Shown: positions 10,357-22,000 of the stretch, piece after piece
Layout: every line of letters begins with the position of its first letter
Position numbering within the stretch: the stretch's first letter is position 1
Assembly: GCA_965603825.1 (NCBI GenBank)
Contig: CBFDEM010000039.1
Coordinates: 186,001-250,000, forward strand
From: Blepharisma stoltei ATCC 30299
Taxonomy: Eukaryota; Protista; Ciliophora
DNA: 64,000 nucleotides
Direction: 5' to 3'
Notes under the pieces: model-generated
The model's database searches: none
The model's input: the letters and a program-made list of their open reading frames with translations, nothing else
What the model was told of the DNA's origin: nothing
Program-made: the position numbers and the translations under genes

Positions 10357-12426
10357 TTATTTCGGTGATTCATTTCCTGCAGAATTTTTAATTTTTTTCT
10401 TAATTTTTCCTTTATTCCAAATCCCTTCATATGAGTTTCCATTATCAAAGCTCATCCTACCAGCTCCATGCTTTAATCCATTTAATCATTCTCCCTCATA
10501 TTGGTCTCTATTTGTCCAATAATAAGTCCCAAAACCATTAAAAGCATCATCTTTAAACTGCCCGTGATAAATTTCTCCATTTGCAAATGTTAGAGTTCCT
10601 GCCCCGTTTTTCTTTTCGTTCACGAACTCTCCATCATATACATCTCGATTTAAATAAAAATAAACTCCACAAGATTTTAAGCCATTTAGCCATTTTCCAT
10701 CAAAAACTTCTCCATTGTTATAGGTAATCTTGCCTTGTCCATCAAATTTATTATTTTTAAAACTGCCTTCATATATACCTAATGATGAATCTTTTAAGAT
10801 TCCTGATCCTTCCATACAATTGTTGACTCAATCCCCATTATAAAAATTTCCATTTATATATTGGTATACTCCTGGACCATTCTTTTTCCCATCAATTCAG
10901 CTGCCTTTGTAGGTGTTTCCATTTTTATAAGTATAATTACCATTTTCACCATGAAATAAGCCGTCTTTTATAGATCCCTGATATGAGTCTCCATTTCTAA
11001 GTTTCAAATTGCCACAGCCATTAGGTAAATCATTTAGCCAGTCTCCTTCATATTGCAATCACTCTCCTTCTTTGCATTTTATCAGCCCTTGCCCATGTTT
11101 TTTACCTTTTTTAAAGGTTCCTTTATATTTATCTCCATTTTCGTAGTGTATTTCCCCTTTTCCACTATACAATTGATTTTTGAAATTTCCTTTATAAATA
11201 AGTTTATATCTCTTTTCTACTTCATTCAATATACAAAAGTTTCCAGGCCCTGTCATATTGCCATTCACCCAAACTCCATCAAATCGTTTTCCGTCATTTA
11301 AAACGATGCTTCCAATGCCATGTCTAGCATTATCTACAAAATTCCCTTCAAAACTGCCATTTTCGTCCTGGTAAATTCCATAGCCATTTTTCATATCATC
11401 TTTTCATTCTCCATCATAAATTTCTCCTGTTGCCAAAGTGAGTTTACCTTTACCCTCTTTTTTATTATAATTTCAAAATCCTTCGTACTTGTCTCCATTT
11501 TCATAAATTATGGTCCCTTCTCCATGAAAAGCATCATCTACAAAATCCCCACAATATTTGCTGCAATTTGAAAAAGTCAATGTCCCTTTTCCATTTTTCT
11601 TGTCATTTTGAAACTGTCCTTCGTATCTGTCTCCATCATTGTTAACAAAAATACCTCACCCACATCTTAAGTTATTTTCATATTCTCCATCATAAAACGC
11701 CCCGCTTTTTTCAGTAAATTTTCCTTTTCCGTTTCTTATATCATCTTTATACTCCCCTTCGTAGGTATCCCCATTTTTCCAAATTAATTTTCCATATCCA
11801 TTTCTCTTATGATTTTTTCAGTTTCCATAATAACAATCATTTTCCGACAATCCTGGATAAATATATTCACAGGTTCCACATAAAGGAGTATTTGACCTAT
11901 CATAAAACTCATAAATTTTATTGCAGAGGTTTTCAATTATTTCTATATCGATCATAGGTAAAACGGGCTTTACGAAATTCTTTTCATAGTCTATCTCATA
12001 GTTTTTCATTTCATTTAATATAGCTTGATGATCAGATCTAATAAAAGCATCAAGACCACAGTAAGCGTAGGTTGTTGAGCATTTATCAATGCGATTTAGC
12101 TTGCTAATTAATGTATTGTAGTGATAATTTAGCTTGGTTAGTGCTTTTAAAGAGAGTTCGAGAGTTGATGTTATACTTGAAAGGGCTTGGAGAAGTTCTT
12201 TTTCTAAGGAGTTTTTAAATTTATTGAGGCGAATTTTCATATCAGTCAAAATCTGAAGGAAATTTTTTTTATCAGATTGGTCAACTATAACAAAGAAGGG
12301 GATCAGTTTGTGAGGATTCTCCAAGAACTTATGCTCATGCTTTTTACAAGAAAAGCATGTTTTGCTGCATAAGCAATATAATTCAGCATAATCATTGCAG
12401 TTAGAAGCTGAACATCTTGGATGCAT
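10357..12426 (-). CDS. N-terminal Cys/His (B-box-like) finger + coiled coil + about 20 MORN repeats (689 aa)
   Basis: Three ORFs share one frame broken only by TGA. Repeats follow Y-x-G-x-F/W-xxx-K-x-G-x-G, with TGA at the MORN aromatic position. Ends TAA 10357-10359. Confidence 0.88.
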
Positions 12427-12503
12427 GATTACGTATTATATAAGCTATTTATTTAATAAAATTATAAATTTCTATTTAATTATTGTATATGTGCAATAGT
12501 TAA

Positions 12504-13994
12504 ATGACTGAAAAAATTATATGCTTTATGCCTTCATGCAAAGGTCAAGTAAAATTTTCTTGTAGCTGCACAGCTCCAGAAACAATGATGTGCAAAGACC
12601 ATAAAAGTAGCCATCTAAAAGCCAGCAATTTACACAAGATACAAAGTTTTTCAGTAGGAAAAGAAAAAATTCTCAAATGCTTAAATAAAGAGAAATCATT
12701 AATGATAGAAATGAAAAATAGTTTGACAAAAAGTCTTAAAGAGTCCCCACAAGACATGCTCCGAACAAAATTAGGTCAGTTGGAAGCAAGTATAAATCGA
12801 ATTGACGAAATAATTTCAGATTTTGATAAAGGAGAAATCTACATAGAAAATAAACCTTCAGCAAGAGAAATCATTAAAACAGAAGTAAACGAAAATAAAG
12901 ATTACTTGGCGAATTTAATTATGAAAGAAAAAACCTCCCAAATTCGCAAGTATATTCAAAAGCATTCATCTTCAATTATAAATGACCCTAATCAGCACAG
13001 TCAAGCTCGATCTGAACTTCTTGAGATTTCTACTTTCGACCAATATGACAGATATATATTTTCAAAAATTAATTCAAATACCATCATTTATTTATCATAT
13101 ACAAATTTTGCCAATAAATGTGAAAAAATTCAATTATTATTAGACAAGTTACTCCTAAAAATTCATAATCGTAGATATCATGATCTTCTTACAATAGATT
13201 TCAACTATCTTTATAATGCTACAGAAACTATGAATGGAACAGAGCTTTATATTTATGATATAGGTTCTGATATAATAACAACTACAATATTAATAAAAAT
13301 TAGATCCTATGATAAGCCAGTGTTAGAAAGAGTAACAAACCTTATCAAAATTTCAAACTCAAGCTTACTCATAATAGGGCCTCTTAAAGACTGCTACAAC
13401 GTGCTATTGATGGATTTAAAGACTAAACTGACCAGAGAGCTGATTAGTTTTGCTAACCAAAACAGATTGTACGGTAGAAGTGGTAGATTTATTTTTTATG
13501 AAAATTGCTTGTATCAGTTTGGAGACCTCTGGAGTCCTGGCTGCATGAAATATGACATAGTCAGAAAGAGATGATCCAGTCTAACTTTTCCACCATTAAA
13601 TAATAAATTATCTCTAGCCCTTTATAAGAGCTGTATCCTAGTGTCTGATTATCAAAGCTCTAGCCTGTATTTATATGATCTTATTATTGAGAATTATTCA
13701 GTAATTGACTACTTTGAAAATATACCAGCACAGAAATTTATTTTTACTGATAATGTAAGGGTTTTTCTGTGAATGCAGAACAGCTTCATTTATGAAAGTG
13801 AAGAAAATAACCTATTTAAATGAAATATCATTGGTAATAGTGATTTTGGAATTAGTGAAACACCTTGTGAAATCACATTTACTAACTATATGGGGAATAT
13901 TTATGCAAGCTTTGCTGCAAGATCACAAATGTTTTGATATAAATTTAATATGGCAAAAAAAGAAATGGAGTTAATTCGCAAAGAAATATTGTAG
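12504..13994 (+). CDS. N-terminal Cys/His (B-box-like) finger + coiled coil + degenerate Kelch-like beta-propeller (496 aa)
   Basis: CFMPSC...FSCSC...MCKDHKSSH at the N-terminus; reads through 4 TGA to TAG 13992-13994; Kelch-like YENCLYQFG...CMKYDIVRKRW. Confidence 0.75.
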
Positions 13995-14461
13995 ATAATT
14001 AATAACTATTTTATATATTTAAGAGATGCTACTTAAGTGATAAACTCAAGCAATTTAAATTATAATATGAAATTATGCTTTGATTGAAAAAGAGAACAAA
14101 TAATCTTTATTATTCGATTTTTCTCAATAGATTAAGGAGCAGAAAATGTATCATTATTTTGGTTTTGATATTTTATTTTAAATGCAATAATCATTAATCT
14201 ATTTCTTTTATAAAAATTCTAGTACAAATCAATACTAATCATCCCCAGCTTATCAAGATTATATATTTCATATGCTCAATATTTTTAAATCTAAAGGTTA
14301 CGATATTATTTATCTTATGACTTAGCCTATAATTAGAGCATTTTCATGATAATTTTTTGAATTTTTTTTATTAAAATGCTTTCTCTTAAAAGATATCTCA
14401 ATTTTAATTAACACACACTCCATTATCCACATTCAGTAAAGATAAATGATCTATAAACTAT

Positions 14462-15412
14462 ATGGAAACTGAATCTCCCCATGAAGAATTTAAAGTAAAG
14501 CGTAAAAGGTCGCTTCAATCCCCAGATTTAGCATCTCCCATCAGCCATTGCATATGTGTCACCTCTCCAGAAGGCAAAACCATAATAAATCCTCGCTATG
14601 AAATCCTCAGCACAATATACGACCAGCCTGCATCTCCTTCTAGGATTCTCCTAGTAAAAGATACAGAAACCGACGCAATCTTGATTTTAAAGCAGCTTTT
14701 AAAGTGCAAAATCCTTTCCCATGCCCAAAATATATCAGCGCTCCGAGAAATCGAAATCCATCAATCCATCCGACACCTAAACATCGTCACATTTTACGAC
14801 TCAGGAGAAACTGAAGACGCCTATAACCTTTTGCTTGAATATCTACCTGGCTACCTTTATTTTACTGACAGAATTGAGGTAAATAACAAGCCTTTTAACT
14901 TAAAACCTGATGGAGGAGTCCAAAAATTGAAAAGTTTTTCTTATGATGTCATACAGGGCTTAGAATATTTGCATTCACAAGGAATAATCCATTTGGACTT
15001 AAAGCCAGGAAACCTTTTATTGTATACAGACGTAGATGAAGATGAGTATCCTTTAGTGAAAATTTGTGATTTTGGGCTTAGTAGGAAAGTAGATGAAACT
15101 GGATATGCTTTGATAGAAAAAAAATGTGGGACTGATAAGTATGTTCCGCCTGAAGTTAATGATGGGGCAAGGATTTCGCCTGCTGCGGATATGTGGAGCT
15201 TAGGGCTACTTTTGCATAATTTAGCTGTCGGGTATACACCACATGCAATGAAGTGAACACCGGGGCAACCGATTCCATTTCATAAAAGACATTGGCCGAA
15301 GTATGAAGGGACTGGGCTGAAAGAATTTATAGAAGCGTGCTTAAGGTTGAAACCTGAAGAACGAATCACTTCGAGGGATGCACTATTGCATCCCTGGCTT
15401 AGTTTTAACTAG
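14462..15412 (+). CDS. Ser/Thr protein kinase with atypical N-lobe (316 aa)
   Basis: ILKQ, REIEIH, HLDLKPGN, ICDFG, YVPPE, DMWSLG; past TGA 15254 continues to subdomain XI (LKPEERITSRDALLHPWL) and TAG 15410-15412. Confidence 0.9.
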
Positions 15413-15758
15413 ACAGCTCTTATAAATAGCTGATTTTTAATAATTTTATGTTATAGATTAAATGATCGAATTCACTGAATATCCGCAAAAATATATAAGC
15501 ATATGGAAGCATAGCATTTATGTTATTAAATAAAACCATTAGAGATCCTCACAATTTCTTATTAAAAGTTTATTTCTTGTCGAAAACAGACATAATACTT
15601 TTCTTGCTAAAACGACTTCTAGAAATTTTTCAAACCTTCCTAATATTTGGATACTTTTGCGGAGCCAGAATTAATCCCTAAATTAACTATAAATAATTTA
15701 TTTTTTATTAAACAATTAATTCTAAAGACCATAAAATTCCATAAATATTTTCATAATT

Positions 15759-16334
15759 TTAAATCCCTTCAAATTCAAAATGCACTCCAGTGTGTCCGTG
15801 CCCACAATATCCCCAAGGTATATCATGCAAATACTGCTGGTGGTCATCTGGCCCATAATAAAACTCTTCAGCCATGTTAATTTCAGTTGTGATTTTTTCG
15901 AATCTCCTTGCTTTCAGCTGTTCCTGATACACAGCTTTAGACCTTTCTGCAATCCTTAGGTCCTCTTCAGAATACGTATAGATAGCTGATCTATAATTGT
16001 CACCCACATCATTTCCTTGTCTATTTCCTTGTGTTGGATCATGACCTTCCCAAAAAACCTTCAGAAGCCTCCAAATGCTTATGATTGCTGGATCATAAAC
16101 AACTCGAACCACTTCATTATGGCCTGTCCTTCCATTGCAAACTTGCTCATAAGTAGGGTTCGGGACACGTCCGCCTGAAAACCCCACATGAGTTGTATAG
16201 ACTCCATTGAGCTGCCAAAAAGCTTTTTCTGCGCCTCAGTAGCAGCCCATTCCAAACATGATTTGTTTGAGGTGGCTTGGGAAAGGAGGGTGGAGAGGGG
16301 TACGTAGAACTTTGTGATGGGTCAAAGAAGACAT
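15759..16334 (-). CDS. msrA: Peptide methionine sulfoxide reductase A (191 aa)
   Basis: ATG 16334; FGMGCY(TGA=W)GAE active-site motif, NPTYEQVC, TGHNEVV, HDPTQGNRQGNDVG, YRSAIY, HQQYL. Confidence 0.95.
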
Positions 16335-16632
16335 TTATTTCTTCCACATTCAAAAAGAAATAATTGATAACTTTCTGAGAATTCCCGTATAGAGGATGAT
16401 AAAAAAATCAAAAAACAAGATTTTAAATAATTTTCGCTATTAATTGATGAATAGGCATAGAGATATATTTTTTGTTAGTAAAAAGTACTTAATTAGATTA
16501 ATAAGTGCAATGCAAATTTTTCCAGAATCTTCTACTTAAAATTAATTTTTGAAATTTTATTCGTAAAATAATTGATGCAAAAACTCCCATTATTTTTTAA
16601 AAACATCATAAGTTAAGTAGCATAAAAATTAT

Positions 16633-18276
16633 TTACGAAATCTGGATAATATTGAATGCTGTCGTTTCAGTGTCAAATGTGTCTCTTGTGCCTCCTACAT
16701 ATACAACTGTATCTCCGCGCTCTACCAAATTTACTTCTTTCGCTTTGTCAATAGCTCTACATAAACATTACATTTCAATCAGTGGTTTCTGAGGATCTTC
16801 CACCATAGACGGATAAACTCCTCTTACCGCCTTCAAAAACCTAGTGGTTTTTGGCGAATTCGTCAGTGCCAAAATCAAGCAAGGCGGCATAAACCTTGAT
16901 ATCTGTTGTGCAGTTCTCCCAGACCTCGTCTGACAAATAATAATTTTCCCCTTCAACGCCAGCACACTCCTCACTGCACAATAGCAGACATTTTCCGCAA
17001 TCGTAATACTGCTTTGTATAGTCTCTAAAATTTTTTCACACTGAAAATTATAGTCAAGGTACTTTTCAGCTTCCAGACAAATTTGTTCACAAGTCTGTAA
17101 AGCTAATACTGGATGATCGCCATATGCTGTCTCACCAGTCAGCAATAAGGCATCACATCCATCTAAAATTGCATTCGAAATATCGGTGACTTCTGCACTA
17201 GATGGATGCTTTTGATGTACCATAGTTTCTAATAGCTGCGTCGAGATGATGACTGGCTTAGACAGTTCATTGCATCTTTTTACTATTTCTTTTTGAATTG
17301 TACATACGTCAGCTAAACTTGTCTCTAAGGCTAACATCCCTCTTCCTATCATAACTCCGTCACATGCCTGTATGAGAGCTTCTGAGTTTTGGGCAGCACA
17401 TGAGTTTTGGATCCCTATGAATTTTTTTACGTTAGGCAGAGGAATGTTGTGGAAATCGTGCAGGTCTTCTTCGTCTCTTAGCTGCTTGTAGACGATGAAA
17501 TCTATATCGTTATCACATGCCCATCTAATGTCAGCGAAATCGTAAATATCATTCGCACAGCTTATTGGTGGCTTTTTGGAGCCGGAGGGACGGATGTGGC
17601 AAGGCTTGTGCTCACTGAGGACACAGTCGTGGTCAACCCGACAGCAGACGATTTTTTCTTTTCTTTGGGATTTGGGGATGTGAGGAGTTAGACGTCTAGG
17701 TCGGCGAATAATGTTTAAAGAGTCAGATTTATAGAGCTTTGGACGATCAGTTGAGCTTGATCTCTCTTCAAAGGATTTTACCTGTGGGACATGATGAGAA
17801 GTGCCTCCGTTGTGAGAAATTTGTAGAGAGGAAGGAAATTTTGGCTTGTTAGTATTCTGAATTGACTCTACTGTAAAAACAATTTTTCCAAAATCAATTA
17901 AAAGCTTGTCTCCAGGGTCGACGAGGTTAGGGAACTCTTTATTGTTGCAATGGATTATGTTCTCTCCTTTAATTTCTAGTAAATTCGAGCTATAAATCCT
18001 TACAAAATCGCCTTTTCTGAGTTTAAGGGAAATACTAGAGTTAAAGTTTCCAAGTCTTAAGTCGCTTTCTCTGAGCCCTAGCATAACGCCTACGTGTTTT
18101 CCTGTTTCTTTCATCGCGTCCCTTAGATTGTTTAAGACAGTTTGCTTGTCAATTTCGAGGAATCTATCACTGATCCTAGCAATGTCCATTCCCGCATTAA
18201 TGAGATCAATAATCACTTCTTTGCTTGAAGAGGCTTTTCCTAGAGTGCAAGCGATCTTTGTTTTTCTTAGAGGCAT
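16633..18276 (-). CDS. Pyruvate kinase-like protein, predicted catalytically inactive (542 aa; one 15-nt intron)
   Basis: RKTKIACTLG, AGMDIAR, PGDKLLIDFG, KPVIISTQLLETM, DISNAILDGCDALLLTGETAYG, TRSGRTA. Splicing 16757-16771 adds the C-terminal ...GDTVVYVGG... Confidence 0.9.
16757..16771 (-). other. 15-nt spliceosomal intron GTAATGTTTATGTAG
   Basis: Removal deletes in-frame stops and restores the pyruvate-kinase C-domain end. Confidence 0.9.
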
Positions 18277-19046
18277 GATAATATATTATTAAATTTGTTG
18301 ATCTTTATGAACTATTATAATCATTATTCGCCCACAAGTGGAATGATAAAATGGCTTTTATCCATATTAATCTTCTTTCCATCTATGAGCAATTATTTTA
18401 GGAAGGGTTGAATTTGTGTGATAAGTAGGCAAATAGCCAAAGTAGCTAAAATATTAGCAGCAAAATCACTGATAAATTTATCAATTTATAAAATATTCAA
18501 AAAACAACAAAAAACAGTTTAAAATTGCTTATAAAAGAAAATTATTTATAAGTGCTTTTTTCATGAGGCACTCGAAAAGATAAAATCTAGGCAAGATTAC
18601 AAATCATAATAGGCAGTGCTAGATACTTGCATTAATCTTTATCACTGTTCTTTTAAATACAAATTCTTCGATATTGTTCTATAAATATTAAAGCGAATAA
18701 ATTTTAATTATGCAAAACATTTTAATTTAATTTTACATTATATATAATATATGCAAATTATTATATTTTAACCACAAAAATTGTCAGGAATTAAATTAAT
18801 CGGAAAATGAGTTATCACGTATAGAAATCCAGCAGTTTTGGTTATTGTATCAAAAATTGCTATAATAATTTTTCACGCAATCTAAATTAAAATTTTAATT
18901 GGAAAGTTAATTCTTTAGCACGAATAACTAAATTTTCTGATATTTCAAATTAATTCTAGCTCCTTTGATTTTTCAAAAACCTTATGCAACTACTCCATGT
19001 TATAAATTGAGGTAAAAATATTTGAGAGGCTTATTCTATTATACCA

Positions 19047-22000
19047 ATGTCATTGAATTCCAACCTAAATCAAGAAAACAAAAATATTGAAAACTGAAGA
19101 AATATTCACTTACTTGGCAGCTCCAAAAGTCCTAACAAAGGCTACCCAAAAAACCTAGTAATGACATCACGATACACTTTATGAAATTTCTTCCCTAAAA
19201 ATATATCCGAGCAATTTCAAAATTATGCCTATTACCTATATCTCATAGATCCAATTTCTGAATTAATCAAAAATCCATACTCCTGAGATTGAACTTCAGC
19301 ATTTCCTATAGTCTTTTTAATAATTTTAACTTGTATCTTTGATGCTTGCAGAGATGTGAAAAATCATAAAAATGATAAATCGGTGAATGATAAATTGTTC
19401 GAAATATGAGATGGATTTCAATTCGTGCCAACAAAAAGCAAGAATATTTGCGTGGGAGATATTATTTTACTAAATGAAAATGATTATGCCCCAGCAGATG
19501 TTCTTATTATTTGTATCGGAGAAGAAGAAAAAGTCTGTTATATTGATAGGGCTGGGATAATCGGAGGCACAGACATTAAAGTAAAAAAGCCTATAAAAGA
19601 TACTCAGAGATTATTTGATACAGATGATATTGAAGAAGCTTCTGCCATTTTAAATAGAATTAATGCGAAAATCAAGATCCCAGACTCTTCTTCAAATGAT
19701 ATTTGCGGAACTTTTAAAATGAGTATAAACCCTAGTCAAACAGAAATAAATCCAGACAATTTTATACAGCAATGGTCGCATATTATAGAGACATCCTGAA
19801 TTTTAGGGGTTGTGATATATACAGGCTATGAAACTTCTGTATCAATTTCAATAAAAAACCGGGCAAATATTTCCAATACAGAAAAACAGTTAAATATATG
19901 AGTTTTATGGATTGGGAGTTTTTATTTTTGCATGGTTTTGATATCATTTTTAGTTAATTTTCTTGCTTATGGGACAAAATATGGAGACAATGCGTTATCA
20001 CTATTTATGACTATTGCGTTTAATTTAAACAAGCATGTGCCTATATTTTTATTCCTAATTTTGCCTATAATTCGGCTTGTCCAAATTTGAAGAATTTCGA
20101 AATATTATAAAGGAGTTACCTTTCATTCTAGTAAAGTTAATGAAGATCTAGGACAAGTCGAGTACATTTTGACTGATAGATCTGGGACTATTACAAAAAA
20201 TAAATTGATTATATCATCATGTATGGTTAATGGCATAGCTTATGCTAATATTGAAGAACAGTATGATAACTCTCCGGAACTTAAAACTGAAAATTCGCCC
20301 TTCAGGACTGTTGATCCGAATGAAGCTCAAGTCAATAATTGAATATCAAGCGAAAGTCAGTCTTTTGACGCTTTAAAGCATGAGCTAATTCATTCGTGTA
20401 ATAGAGGGAATGTTTATAACTTTATCTTATGTATGGCAATATGCAATCAATTTTTCCCCAAAATGTCTGGAAAATGCATATCAATATCTGCAGACGACAG
20501 AACCTTTGTAGAAACAGCTGGACAGCTAGGTATCCAACTCGTAAATCGAACCAATAAATCTTGCATAGTGAACATTCTAGGAGATATATTTGAATTTTCT
20601 GTTATTGCTTATCGGCCATTTTCATCTAAAAGCAAAAAAAATCGCATCATAGTCTACGATAATTCGTCAAACCAAACCATTTTATTCGTGAAAGGAGCAA
20701 AAGACTCCATGAACGAATTATTTGATTTAACAAATGAAGAGAGGCTGAATTTTGAAGAAAATTTATATTCTTGTAACCTTCTAGGCAAAAGATTGATTTT
20801 TATGGGCTATAAAGTCCTCAGTGATAAAGACTACAAGCACTTTCATTTTGGCTATAAAAACGCAAAACGTTCCCCAGTAAACAGTGAAGGCAGAATAGAA
20901 AGCATTTTTGAAGCACTTGAACAGAAATTAAAATTTTTAGGCTGTGTCGCAATTGAGGATAAAGTTTCGAAGCGAACACGAGAAGCAGTAACACTCCTGA
21001 GTCAAGCGGGCATTAAATTTTGACTTATGAGTGGAGAAGATGAAGAAATTACTTTGACGACTGCTATTTCTGCAAATATGTTTGATTTGCATACATCGAT
21101 AGCTAGGCTAAAGTCATATTCTTCTCAGCTGGAATGCACCATGGATATGATTAAAATTGTAAAAAGACATATAATACATAGTGGAGAAGAAAACCTTGAC
21201 ACAAACCTCCTTCAGACTTCACGTGAATACAATAACAGACCCTCAAACACTTCGCAGAATTGTCTGAATTTCCCAAAGATATCAGAAGTAGATCATAATT
21301 GGACACCAAAATTATCTGAAATTATTGAGCGAAAAAACTCATTAAAAGAAAAATCTACCAATATTCATCCATTTTTAGCAAAAATTACTACAATAAACAT
21401 GTCTGCTCCGCTATCATCAAAATTCAATGCGGATACTGTTTATTTTGTGCTATCTATTGATGCACGAGGTATTAGTTATGAGCTTAGCTGTGAAGAAAAT
21501 AGAAAATTATTCTGTGCTATGCTTAGTGCAGCCCATTGTGTGTGTTTTCATTCACTATTACCAAGAGATAAAAGGCAAATTGCCTCGCTACTTAGGAACA
21601 ATTTTTCTTATAATCCAACTTTTTTAGCTATAGGAGATGGAGCTGGCGACGTAGGAATGATAAAGCAGGCTCATGTAGGCGTAGGGATTATTGGCAAAAG
21701 AGGAAATTTTGCAGCAGATGCTGGGCATATTGCAGTCAGAGATTTCTCACAAATAAAAAACTTGATTTTATTTGAAGGACATTGGAATTATGTCAATGTC
21801 TCAAATATTATTTTAATTTATTTGTTTGGGAGTTTTATGCATACTTGGATAATTTTTTGCTATACTTGTGTAAAAAACACTGGTGGGATTTCAATTTTTA
21901 GCATTGGAATGTCATGATACTATTATGGATTTCTAACAGCAATTCCTTTAATTATAATTGGGATTTTTGATGAAGACGTAAAAGGCCGACAAATAGCAAA

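Noticed and set aside
16236-16238. Selenocysteine in MsrA (in-frame TGA beside the active site)
   Set aside because: The catalytic Cys is encoded by TGC; the TGA occupies the invariant Trp of GC(F/Y)WG, consistent with TGA=Trp elsewhere.
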